From Spirochaetia bacterium (lineage in GTDB: Bacteria; Oederibacteriota; PGYV01; Palsa-1178): a stretch of DNA of 64,000 nt. The notes under the pieces were generated by a model that saw only the letters and a list, made by a program, of their open reading frames with translations, was not told the DNA's origin and searched no databases. The stretch covers positions 322 through 64,321 of the forward strand of contig JAJFUW010000146.1 of NCBI GenBank assembly GCA_021372235.1, written 5' to 3'. Both the position numbers and the translations under genes were made by a program. Shown piece after piece: positions 38,372-47,384 of the stretch (positions are counted from its first letter, which is position 1; each line of letters opens with the position of its first letter).

Positions 38372-39970
38372 ATGAAAAAGATAAAATTCTCGGAACTGAA
38401 CCTCTCCGCTGAGGTCATGAAAGGCGTGGAGGAGATGGGATTTGAAGAGGCAACACACATACAGACAGAGGCAATCCCCGCCATGATGAAGGGCACAGAC
38501 ATCATAGGACAGGCTCAGACAGGCACCGGTAAGACAGCCGCGTTTGGTATACCGATATTGGAAATGATCGATGCCGGGGACCGTGCGGTACAGGCCCTCA
38601 TACTGTGTCCCACCAGGGAACTGGCGGTGCAGGTGGCAGAGGAGATACGCAACATCGGCAGGTACAAAAAGGGCATAACCGTGCTGGCGGTCTACGGTGG
38701 CCAGCCCATAGACAGGCAGATACAGGTATTGCGGCGCGGCGCGCAGGTCATCATCGGGACGCCGGGCAGGCTCATGGACCACATGGAGAGGCGGACCATT
38801 TCACTGGCAAAGGCAAAGATAGTCGTGATGGACGAGGCCGACGAAATGCTCAACATGGGGTTCATCGAGGACGTGGAACTCATACTGAAACAGGCGCCGG
38901 CAGAGAGGCAGACCGTGTTATTTTCCGCGACCATGCCCGGGCCGATACTCGCGCTCACCAAAAAATACCAGAAAGAACCCAAACTCATAAAAATAACCCA
39001 CGAGGTGCTGACCGCGCCGTCCATAGAGCAGAGTTATTACGAGTTAAAACGCGGCACAAAAGTGGACGCGCTGTGCAGGTTGTTGGATTTGAACTCCTTT
39101 AAAAGCGTCCTCGTTTTCTGTAACACCAAAATGATGGTGGATGAGTTGACCACAAAAATGTACTCCCGCGGCTATACGGCGGAGGCGCTCCACGGCGACA
39201 AATCGCAGGCCCAGCGCGACAGGGTCATGGACAAGTTCCGCAACGCCAGGATAGACATGCTGATAGCAACCGACGTGGCTGCGCGGGGCATAGACGTCGA
39301 CAACATCGACGCCGTGTTCAACTATGACGTCCCGCAGGACGAGGAGGACTACGTCCACAGGATAGGCCGTACGGGCAGGGCCGGCAAATCAGGCAAAGCC
39401 TATACGTTCGTATACGGAAACGAGATGCACAAACTGCGCGAGATAATGAAATACGCCAGGGTTAAAATCAAGCCCGAGATGGTGCCGGCACAGTCAGTCA
39501 TAGAGGAAAAAAAATCAGGCCTGTTTCTGGATAAAATAAAGGAAGTGCTCGCGGCAGGAAAATTGGAGGAGCAGGTAAGCGCGGTCGAGAAACTCATGGA
39601 GCAGGATTACTCCTCGGTCGAGATAGCCGCGGCCCTAATGAAAATGGTTGTCGGCGGCAAACAGGGCAGGGAAGAGGCCGCGACAGAGGATTTGAACGCG
39701 CCTGTCAGGAGGCCCGGCCACGAGATGACGGGCAACATGGTGAGGCTCTTCGTTTCCACCGGCAGGCAGGACCGCGTCGGAGTGAAAGAGATACTGAAAG
39801 CCATCACCTTAAAGACCGGGATAAAGGGCGCGCTCATCGGCAGGATAGACCTTTTTGACAAATACTCCTTTGTCCAGATAGATTCGTCAGCCGCGGATAA
39901 CGTGGTCCTAAAAATGAACAACGCCAGGATAAACGGGATAAAAATTCATGTGGAAAGGGCAAAGATATAA
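38372..39970 (+). CDS. DEAD-box ATP-dependent RNA helicase with C-terminal DbpA-type RNA-binding domain
   Basis: Q-motif GFEEATHIQ, AQTGTGKT, PTRELA, DEAD, SAT, HRIGRTGRAG. Long (~330 nt) 5-prime leader as in cold-shock helicase genes. Alternative start 38363. Confidence 0.9.
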   Translation: MKKIKFSELNLSAEVMKGVEEMGFEEATHIQTEAIPAMMKGTDIIGQAQTGTGKTAAFGIPILEMIDAGDRAVQALILCPTRELAVQVAEEIRNIGRYKKGITVLAVYGGQPIDRQIQVLRRGAQVIIGTPGRLMDHMERRTISLAKAKIVVMDEADEMLNMGFIEDVELILKQAPAERQTVLFSATMPGPILALTKKYQKEPKLIKITHEVLTAPSIEQSYYELKRGTKVDALCRLLDLNSFKSVLVFCNTKMMVDELTTKMYSRGYTAEALHGDKSQAQRDRVMDKFRNARIDMLIATDVAARGIDVDNIDAVFNYDVPQDEEDYVHRIGRTGRAGKSGKAYTFVYGNEMHKLREIMKYARVKIKPEMVPAQSVIEEKKSGLFLDKIKEVLAAGKLEEQVSAVEKLMEQDYSSVEIAAALMKMVVGGKQGREEAATEDLNAPVRRPGHEMTGNMVRLFVSTGRQDRVGVKEILKAITLKTGIKGALIGRIDLFDKYSFVQIDSSAADNVVLKMNNARINGIKIHVERAKI

Positions 39971-39990
39971 AAGGCAAAGGCAGATAAAAA

Positions 39991-40053
39991 CAGTTTGGAG
40001 TTTGGAAACAAGGCCAAACTCCAAACTGAAGTTATTTGTTTTTAATATTTTTT
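39991..40053 (+). terminator. rho-independent terminator built from a GGAGTTT heptad inverted repeat
   Basis: cagtttggagtttgg-aaacaaggc-caaactccaaactg (perfect 15-bp stem) followed by aagttatttgtttttaatattttttt. Confidence 0.7.
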
Positions 40054-40067
40054 TAGGGGAGGCTTTT

Positions 40068-40745
40068 ATGAAGATGGTTGTATCTGTCCTTTTGGTTTTA
40101 TCCGTCGCTCTATTTTTTGTTTCCTGCGGCGACAGTATTGCTCCGACAGGTTCCTCAGGTTCCACGGGGATTGTTGTCATGCAGTTCCTCGACGGTGTGT
40201 ATCCGTCCAATGGTTATACGGGAACTGAGGATACCATGGTATACAGCGCCCACCCTTATGACAATTCAGGAACAGCCGCGGGCGGGTATATAGGATACTC
40301 CGGCGGCGGCATGGGAAAGTCGAGGATGTTCATAAAATTTGACGTTTCAAACATAGTGCCTTCCGACGCGCACGTCGTGTCCGCGTACCTCAAAGTAAAC
40401 CTGGCAGGGGCAAAAAATAACACGATCAATGCCTGCGCCATAACAAGCCGGTGGGACGAAACCGGGTGCTCATGGATCAGCAGGACCGCTTCTGACCTGT
40501 GGACAACGCCGGGCGGCGATTACGGCGTTGCCATGGGCGCGAAGTACATGTCAGCCACCGAATGCGAAATATTCCTGAACGAGGATATTGTGGAGGGCTG
40601 GATATCGTCACCTTCCACCAACTATGGCATGGTGCTTGCAGCGTCAGATGAAACAACAGACAGCACTGAATACAATACGGTTTATACATCCGACAATGCT
40701 TCTTTCGGGGTCAGGCCGAGCCTGACGGTATACTATACGCCGTAA
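40068..40745 (+). CDS. lipoprotein with DNRLRE-type (CBM96-like) domain
   Basis: Lipobox LFFVSC. DTMVYSAHPYDNSGTAAGGY...RMFIKFDVSNIVPSDAHVVSAYLKVNL...RWDETGCSW pattern matches the DNRLRE domain logic (..yLkFDls.ip....v.sA.L.l...W.E...tW). Confidence 0.6.
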   Translation: MKMVVSVLLVLSVALFFVSCGDSIAPTGSSGSTGIVVMQFLDGVYPSNGYTGTEDTMVYSAHPYDNSGTAAGGYIGYSGGGMGKSRMFIKFDVSNIVPSDAHVVSAYLKVNLAGAKNNTINACAITSRWDETGCSWISRTASDLWTTPGGDYGVAMGAKYMSATECEIFLNEDIVEGWISSPSTNYGMVLAASDETTDSTEYNTVYTSDNASFGVRPSLTVYYTP

Positions 40746-40987
40746 ATAGGCGGTAAAATGGAAGGGTTGCCTATAGGAATTTGAAATATGTTTTAATATC
40801 CGTTATATAAAAAAATAACAAAAAAACTTGACAATCTTTATTATATTGATATATTATTATGTCAAATGGGTGGTTATTATGATTTTTTAAGATACCTCTA
40901 CACACAGGAGGTGCGCGGGGTTAAAAAAATTTTTGTTTTTGCATTACCGGTTTGAGGTTTCACAACAAAAAAATGGAGGAAAGCAGA

Positions 40988-42229
40988 ATGAAGAAATTAG
41001 TCATGGTTCTGGCAATAACCGCGTTTTTTGCCGCTTCGGCGTTCGCGGGCGTAACAACTCTCACCAAAAGCAACGTTCTCACCGGGGGTAACAGCATTTT
41101 TGGTATTATGATACCCGGCAATCTGGAAACACTCAACATGGTTCCGACGGATCTCAATATCATTGGAAACGCAGCGGTTATCGAATATAACAATAGCGGC
41201 GAAGGCTCGGCGGCGGTTTTGTTAAAGACAGATTTTGGTATGCTCGGCGTAACGTTCCTTTACGATATAATCGGTCTGCATTATTCCACTATTGGCACGG
41301 ACATGGCCATCGGTGCCACGGTCAATTTCGGAACGGATTCGAATTCCTACGACAACAAGGAGATAATAGACAATCCTCAGTCTACGGATAAATCAAACGA
41401 TGGCTGGACGGATGTTGCCCTGACACTCAACCTGGCAATGCCGGAATCCAACATGAACTTCATGCTCCTCGGCAGTTTCTATACAAACTATAACAACTGG
41501 AAGGACTACAACAACGGCAACGAAATACTGGAAGACACTTTCGATTACAGCAACAATTATGTCAATGTCCTCGGCGGAGCAAAAATTGGACTGGGCGGCG
41601 TAACACTGGCTCCTTTTGCGGGTTATGCTATGTCCTCCGGGAAAACAGTTACGACAGCCGACACCAACACAGACGGTACGCTTGAAACTGATAATGAAGA
41701 CACCTCCGACCAATCGTCATGGAATGCGGGCGCGCTGGTCGGCAAGGAATTCAAGGCCAACGACAACATCACTTTGAGGCTTGCGGCAGGCATCGCGTCC
41801 TACGGCAACAGTGGGAGTTACAGCAAGTCGATAAACAACGTCACAGACACAACGGTTTACAGCACGGGGATCAACACGGGATTGAGCCTGTACATACCTT
41901 TCAACGTTAATTTTGAGGCAAAACTCAACGACACATGGGCGTTCTTTGCCGGTGTTTCATGCGACGTGTTCGACATGAGCAACTCAACGTACAAGTATAA
42001 CGAAGACACAACAGCAGATAACTACACTGACTGGTACAACAACGGCGGCATGACAGTAGAGCCGGAGATAGACTACAGCATCGGCGCGACAATGACAGTC
42101 GGAGACTTCAAACTTGACGCATGCCTGGACCCGTCGGTCCTTATCAGTGGCGGCTATCTCGTCACCGGCAGCAGCACTGACAGCGGTGACATGGCTTACA
42201 GCGTGGGCATAAGCTACGGCTGGAAATAG
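40988..42229 (+). CDS. outer-membrane beta-barrel protein, paralog 1 of 3 (porin-like)
   Basis: Signal peptide MKKLVMVLAITAFFAASAFA, N-terminal GVTTLTKSNVLTGGNSIFG, C-terminal DFKLDACLDPSVLISGGYLVTGSSTDSGDMAYSVGISYGWK. Clear paralogy with 42293.. and 43667... Confidence 0.6.
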   Translation: MKKLVMVLAITAFFAASAFAGVTTLTKSNVLTGGNSIFGIMIPGNLETLNMVPTDLNIIGNAAVIEYNNSGEGSAAVLLKTDFGMLGVTFLYDIIGLHYSTIGTDMAIGATVNFGTDSNSYDNKEIIDNPQSTDKSNDGWTDVALTLNLAMPESNMNFMLLGSFYTNYNNWKDYNNGNEILEDTFDYSNNYVNVLGGAKIGLGGVTLAPFAGYAMSSGKTVTTADTNTDGTLETDNEDTSDQSSWNAGALVGKEFKANDNITLRLAAGIASYGNSGSYSKSINNVTDTTVYSTGINTGLSLYIPFNVNFEAKLNDTWAFFAGVSCDVFDMSNSTYKYNEDTTADNYTDWYNNGGMTVEPEIDYSIGATMTVGDFKLDACLDPSVLISGGYLVTGSSTDSGDMAYSVGISYGWK

Positions 42230-42292
42230 TATGAACCCATACTGCCTGGCTTTTGGGTCCGGCTGTGATGAACAACAAAAAAACGGAGGACG

Positions 42293-43627
42293 TTGATGAA
42301 AAAGATACTTGCTTTCGCGGTTAGCTGTATGTTTTTTGCCGGCTCCGCCTTTGCCGCTACTGCAGACAAAGCGCCCGACAAAAGCACGGCTGATACCGTA
42401 GAACTCACAACACTTACAAAGTCACTGTCCGAGGCGGATTATCCGGTCGTCCTGGACAGGGGCAACATACAGGGAACGGGCGTATTTGTAGGCGACTACG
42501 CGCTGATGCCGAACTTTATTTTGATAGAGAGGCTTTCGTTCCTTGATTCGACATATGCAATGGGCTCCGTCATGACAGACTACGGCAGGTTCGGGCTGGC
42601 TATGAAGCCCGCGCCGTTCGATGAACTGATGGACATAGATGTGGATATAACCCATGATTTTTACATATACAGCGGCCACTATGCGGGCAAAATTTTCGGC
42701 ATGGGCATGGGCATACAGCTGGACTACGGGACATACAGGAAAAACTACGAGTGTAAGGACCCGGCAAATTTCTATGCGTCCTCCGCGTCCCCCGTTAAGA
42801 GCGATGAATCGTTGCAGTATATGGGCGTAAAATTGGGGACCACAATTGATGTGGGTCTGCCGCTTGACATCGCATTTGGCGCGGCGCTGGCAAACGAAAT
42901 TGACGATGAGGTGTACTACTACGTATATTCGAGCTACTGGGACTATGATTACAGGATGGATAACAACAAGTACATCTACAACCTTGACGCCAGGGCTGAT
43001 TTTGGCGGAGGACTTTCCGCAACAGCCGGTTTAAAGTGGATCAAGGGCGGTGAAAAAGAATATTATGCCTATCAGTGGAGTGAGGAGTATTACAATTATG
43101 AAAATGGAAGGCTTGCATTTGACGCGTATGTTGGCAAGGCAGGCAAAGCTACCGAATGGCTGAACGTAAAGACAAGTCTTGGACTGAACATAGCAGGTGA
43201 CGCGAGCGCAAAGCATACCTACTGGTACCATGATGACGAAGATGAGTATATCGTCTATGATTCCGGTTCTTTTTACGAGGATTCGGTATTTTCCATGCCA
43301 CTCAACGTCGCTGTTGAGGCAAAGATCAACGAAAACTGGAAGGTCAATGCGGGTATAAAGTTGACGGCGCTTCTGGCCCGTAATGAAAAGACAATTTTCA
43401 ACAGGGACACGAGCGGATGGACATGGCGGCCGGCTGATGAGGATGCGACTTCTTATCTGGAAATCAACCCGGGTGTAGAGTACACGCTCGGCATCAGCGG
43501 CAGGATCGGGCCGGTCATACTCGACCTGTTTGTCAACCCGGATATCCTGACCGACGGACCTTACATGCTGACAGGCAACTCGATAGGCGACCTGAACTCG
43601 GGCGTTGCCATACACTATGAGTGGTAA
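42293..43627 (+). CDS. outer-membrane beta-barrel protein, paralog 2 of 3 (most divergent)
   Basis: Signal peptide MMKKILAFAVSCMFFAGSAFA. C-terminal VNPDILTDGPYMLTGNSIGDLNSGVAIHYEW ends in an aromatic residue. Confidence 0.6.
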   Translation: MMKKILAFAVSCMFFAGSAFAATADKAPDKSTADTVELTTLTKSLSEADYPVVLDRGNIQGTGVFVGDYALMPNFILIERLSFLDSTYAMGSVMTDYGRFGLAMKPAPFDELMDIDVDITHDFYIYSGHYAGKIFGMGMGIQLDYGTYRKNYECKDPANFYASSASPVKSDESLQYMGVKLGTTIDVGLPLDIAFGAALANEIDDEVYYYVYSSYWDYDYRMDNNKYIYNLDARADFGGGLSATAGLKWIKGGEKEYYAYQWSEEYYNYENGRLAFDAYVGKAGKATEWLNVKTSLGLNIAGDASAKHTYWYHDDEDEYIVYDSGSFYEDSVFSMPLNVAVEAKINENWKVNAGIKLTALLARNEKTIFNRDTSGWTWRPADEDATSYLEINPGVEYTLGISGRIGPVILDLFVNPDILTDGPYMLTGNSIGDLNSGVAIHYEW

Positions 43628-43666
43628 GCAATTGCACCGAAAAATCTTGAAAGAAGGAGAAGCGCA

Positions 43667-44908
43667 ATGAAGAAAACAGCGTTGGTACTGGCATTAACGG
43701 CACTCTTTGCGGTGTCCGCTTTTGCCGGATTGACGACCTATACCAAAGAAATGGCGCTCACTGCCGGTAGTAATTTGTTCGGCGTCCTGACGCCGGGAAG
43801 CCTGTCTTCTGTCAGGTACCTGGCAACGGACCTGAATCTCATCGGCAATGCGGTTGACCTGGAGTATTCGGATGGCGGTGCAAACGTTTTTGCGTCTGTA
43901 ATAACAGGTATGGGTATCGTCGGTATTTCGATTGATGATGAAAATGTGTTAAACATCGCATATTCCACCACCGGGGATGACATGCGCCTCGGAGGATCGC
44001 TTATTGTGGGATGGGACGGAAATTCCTACGAGAACAAGCAGGTTGTAGACAACCCGAATAACCCGGACAGGACAACCAATAACGAAATGAACATGGGTGC
44101 TGTATTTAACATTGACATGCCGAAAGCGGGCATGACGTTCATGGGTTATCTGGGCGTGTACGGGGAGTACGATATCACCAGGGATTTTGACAACACTGCC
44201 AACGTGCTCATCACAAGCGAGGATGACGCGGAGACAGACTGGACGTTCATGGCGGTTGCCAGGCTGAACCCGGGCGGATTCAATGTAATCCCGGTGATCG
44301 GTTACATGCTGGATACCAGCGTTGACAGGGACTGGGCGGACATTAACATGGACGGAACGCTTGAGATCGATACGGTAACAACCTATAGTTCATCCTACTA
44401 TTTGGGCGGCATTTTTGCGGGAAGGGACTTTAACGTCACTGACATCATCACTGTCAAGGGCGGAGCCGCCCTGATAGTGACCGGCCGGCCGGGTGAAACT
44501 ACAAAGACCGAAGACAGGGTTGCTGATACGCTGGTTTACAACGGCTCCAGGAGTACAGGCTACTATGTCAACGTCCCGATGTATGTGGGTGTCGAGGCAA
44601 AACTTAACGACACATGGAGCCTCTATACCAGCGCCGGCACCGAAGGCCTGTCGATGAATGGCAACACCGACCAGTTTAATCAGGAAATATCCTCGGCAAG
44701 CTTCACGGATTATCAGGTTAATGGAGACCTGTCAGTAACACCGAATGTTTATTATGCCATTGGAGCCAACATGACCGTCGGGGATTTCAAACTCGACGTA
44801 TGTTTTGACCCCAGCATATTTACATCCGGAACATACGCCATAACAGGAAACAGCACGGACAGCAACGACCTCGTCTACAGGATAGCGGTCAGTTACGGCT
44901 GGAAATAG
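43667..44908 (+). CDS. outer-membrane beta-barrel protein, paralog 3 of 3
   Basis: MKKTALVLALTALFAVSAFAGLTTYTKEMALTAGSNLFG...DFKLDVCFDPSIFTSGTYAITGNSTDSNDLVYRIAVSYGWK is near-colinear with paralog 1. Confidence 0.6.
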   Translation: MKKTALVLALTALFAVSAFAGLTTYTKEMALTAGSNLFGVLTPGSLSSVRYLATDLNLIGNAVDLEYSDGGANVFASVITGMGIVGISIDDENVLNIAYSTTGDDMRLGGSLIVGWDGNSYENKQVVDNPNNPDRTTNNEMNMGAVFNIDMPKAGMTFMGYLGVYGEYDITRDFDNTANVLITSEDDAETDWTFMAVARLNPGGFNVIPVIGYMLDTSVDRDWADINMDGTLEIDTVTTYSSSYYLGGIFAGRDFNVTDIITVKGGAALIVTGRPGETTKTEDRVADTLVYNGSRSTGYYVNVPMYVGVEAKLNDTWSLYTSAGTEGLSMNGNTDQFNQEISSASFTDYQVNGDLSVTPNVYYAIGANMTVGDFKLDVCFDPSIFTSGTYAITGNSTDSNDLVYRIAVSYGWK

Positions 44909-44924
44909 AGGTAAAGCAATCCCC

Positions 44925-44958
44925 AAAAACCCCGGCGGAAGCCGGGGTTTTTTTTATT
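44925..44958 (+). terminator. rho-independent terminator
   Basis: aaaaccccggc-ggaa-gccggggtttttttt. Confidence 0.75.
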
Positions 44959-45011
44959 TATAGGTGAATTAATTCCGGTACGGGTGTATAATTATTACAA
45001 ACAGATAAAAC

Positions 45012-45902
45012 GTGAGGGGAAGTGTGCGGAAAAATACAGCGGGAAAAATCACCATTGCCTTTGTCAGCGGCAGGATAGGGTCTGTGTTCAACTCCGCGGT
45101 CGCGCGCGGTGTTGAGGAGCGTGTGGCCGTGCTCGGCATGGACAGGCACTCAATCAGTTTCCACTCGCCCAGGGATAATTCCGATAAAGCCAGCAGTAAT
45201 GAACTGAAGGATATAATAAGAAAAAAAAGCGCCGACGCCGTTATAGCACTGAGTTTTCTTCCAGACGCCGCAACCGCGGCGCTCGCAAAAAAAAGCGGCA
45301 TACCCGTGGTGTTTATAGAGCGGCGCGTCAGGGGGCTCTCTTCCGTCACGGTGGACAATTACAGGGGCGGTTTTATGGCAGGCTCCCACCTCGCCGCCAT
45401 CGGACGTACAAAACCCGGGCTCATACTGGACAGACAGGTTGTGGATGAAAATTCGGCCTCATTTGAGAGGCTCTCGGGGTTCAAGGATTCCCTGAAAAAG
45501 CACGGTGTAAAACCTGTGCGCGGCGCGTTTGCGAGGGTCAGGACCCACGATATTGAAAACGGACGCATGGCTTTTGACGCTTTTGAGAGGCACATAAAAA
45601 AAGTGGACTCTATTTTCAGCGTGGCAGGCGACCTGGCAGCCGTCGGGTTCATGGCAGAGGCTCGCGCCGCAGGCATCAGGATACCAGATCATCTCGCGGT
45701 CATAGGGTTTGACGGCATGGACATAGCCGAGGCGGTCGAACCGCCGCTTACTACTGTGCGCCAGCCTATTGGAGAAATGGGAAGAGAGGCGGTTGATATG
45801 ATAATTAAAGCACTCAAGAATGGGAAAAAAGAGGCACAGAACCTGGTGATGCAGGCCGAACTGCTTGTCAGAAAATCAGCTCCAAAGAGAGTGACAGAAT
45901 GA
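45012..45902 (+). CDS. LacI-type periplasmic-binding-fold (sugar-binding) domain protein lacking the N-terminal HTH
   Basis: GTG start 55 nt after a strong terminator. ITIAFVSGRIGSVFNSAVARGVEE, VDNYRGGFMAGSHLAAIG, AVIGFDGMDIAEAVEPPLTTVRQPIGEMGREAVDMII are LacI/GalR ligand-binding-domain signatures. No room upstream for a DNA-binding domain. Confidence 0.55.
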   Translation: MRGSVRKNTAGKITIAFVSGRIGSVFNSAVARGVEERVAVLGMDRHSISFHSPRDNSDKASSNELKDIIRKKSADAVIALSFLPDAATAALAKKSGIPVVFIERRVRGLSSVTVDNYRGGFMAGSHLAAIGRTKPGLILDRQVVDENSASFERLSGFKDSLKKHGVKPVRGAFARVRTHDIENGRMAFDAFERHIKKVDSIFSVAGDLAAVGFMAEARAAGIRIPDHLAVIGFDGMDIAEAVEPPLTTVRQPIGEMGREAVDMIIKALKNGKKEAQNLVMQAELLVRKSAPKRVTE

Positions 45903-46270
45903 AAAAAGTATTCCTGTTTTTTGTATTTGTACTTGTCCTGTGCCCGGCCGGCTATTGTGATGAGGCGGAAGACCTGGCGGCGCAGATACAGGCGATTACA
46001 AATCCGACAACCGCCACCGCTTCCGCGGCAGTTCCGTCCGCCGCAAGCGGGTTGACAGGCGGGTTCTCCATAGCCGCACTTTTTGGAGGCCTGCTGTTCG
46101 GCACGTTAGGCATATACGTATTTGGCAGGGGTAAAAAGAGGCAGAACGCGTGGCTCATGGTAACAGGCGTGCTGATGATAGTTTTCCCATATTTTATCAG
46201 GGAAGCGTTTATAATATTTCTAATCGGGGCGCTGTTATGCGGGGTGTTTTACTGGAAGAGAAACGGATAA
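45899..46270 (+). CDS. small membrane protein, hypothetical
   Basis: Signal/lipobox-like LVLCPAGYC plus two TM helices. 4-nt overlap with the upstream gene. Confidence 0.45.
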   Translation: MKKVFLFFVFVLVLCPAGYCDEAEDLAAQIQAITNPTTATASAAVPSAASGLTGGFSIAALFGGLLFGTLGIYVFGRGKKRQNAWLMVTGVLMIVFPYFIREAFIIFLIGALLCGVFYWKRNG

Positions 46271-46303
46271 AATCTGACACCAACGGAAATCACGGGAAAC
46301 ACC

Positions 46304-46597
46304 TTATATTTTTGAGATTTTGTCCATTATTTTCAGCGCCTCTTCGTGGTCCGTATCCTCATGCCCCGGGCCAGAGGAAACGGCAACGCGCAGGCTGAAT
46401 ATGCCGTTCACGCTCGAGAGGTCGACCATGAGGGCCATGATACCTCTGGCGGCTTCCCGGCCGTTGATGAAATATTTGACCTGTTTTTTATCCAGGTCAT
46501 AGGCGTTCTGTATGCGGGTCAGTTCCGCGCAGAACCTCATCGGGTTAACCGCGGTCATGTTCTTTTCAACTGCTGCAGCGGTGCCGTGCTCGCTCAT
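46304..46597 (-). CDS. hypothetical protein (97 aa)
   Basis: ORF on the minus strand with a promoter-like region upstream. No family recognised by eye. Confidence 0.4.
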   Translation of the reverse strand: MSEHGTAAAVEKNMTAVNPMRFCAELTRIQNAYDLDKKQVKYFINGREAARGIMALMVDLSSVNGIFSLRVAVSSGPGHEDTDHEEALKIMDKISKI

Positions 46598-46775
46598 ATA
46601 AACCTCCTCATAATCAATTCCAAATTACAAATAAATACCAAATCATTACAAACTTATTTTAGCAGAAAAAAGGGTTTATTACACATAAAAAAACAGCATC
46701 CGCCTTGCTTTTGTCTCAGCACTTGTATACTACCTTATATGTGCTATAATATTAAAAAAGTTACAGGAGGGCCAC

Positions 46776-46976
46776 ATGGCTGACGAAAAAAAGGATGTAA
46801 AACCTGCGGAAACAACCGAACACAATGAAGGCGCCCCGCTTGAGACAAAGGCAAAAGAGTTCAAGGAAAAAAAGATGGCGCCCTGGGAACATTTCAAGCA
46901 GTCGGCGCATTTCAAAAAATTTAAAAGCCACGGTTCTGCCCACATGAACCGCAGGACGGGCGGCAAGGGCGGATAG
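46776..46976 (+). CDS. small basic hypothetical protein (66 aa)
   Basis: RBS aggaggg 6 nt upstream; TATAAT-like -10 at ~46746. Confidence 0.35.
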   Translation: MADEKKDVKPAETTEHNEGAPLETKAKEFKEKKMAPWEHFKQSAHFKKFKSHGSAHMNRRTGGKGG

Positions 46977-47010
46977 AAATCGGGACAACATTTTATATAG
47001 AGGGATTATT

Positions 47011-47307
47011 ATGCTTAATATGGAAAGGTTGAGGTCTGAATTGATGTCAGAACGGGCCTATCTTCAGGACCGTTTTAAAGTCGGGGAAATCGGCATTTTC
47101 GGTTCGTTTGCCAGGGGAGACCAGGATGAAAAAAGTGATATGGATATTTTGGTTGACTTTTCGGATGACACAATGAGTTTGTTTGATGTAATAGAAATGA
47201 AACACTATCTCGAGGATAAACCGGGAGCCAAAGTCGATATAGTGACCAGGATAGCCCTAAAACCGGAAATCGGCAAATGCATTATGGAAGAGGTAATGTA
47301 TATATGA
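47011..47307 (+). CDS. nucleotidyltransferase (MNT/Pol-beta superfamily) antitoxin-like protein
   Basis: GIFGSFARGDQDEKSDMDILVDF is the GS...D.D minimal nucleotidyltransferase motif. A 22-codon ORF (47306-47374) sits where the HEPN partner would be. Confidence 0.7.
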   Translation: MLNMERLRSELMSERAYLQDRFKVGEIGIFGSFARGDQDEKSDMDILVDFSDDTMSLFDVIEMKHYLEDKPGAKVDIVTRIALKPEIGKCIMEEVMYI

Positions 47308-47384
47308 AGGTAAAAGAAAAGGAACTGCCAACGCTCCGCCCTTTGATAGTGCAATTGGTAAAAAAATAGGCTGCGGGGTAACAT

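Noticed and set aside
38131-38505. 124-aa minus-strand ORF and 36-codon plus ORF (38158-38268) in the uvrB-helicase spacer
   Set aside because: The minus-strand ORF overlaps the helicase start. Neither has an RBS or family resemblance. The region is better explained as a long cold-shock-type 5-prime leader.
38605-39102. 165-aa Arg/His/Gly-rich plus-strand ORF
   Set aside because: Alternative frame inside the DEAD-box helicase gene.
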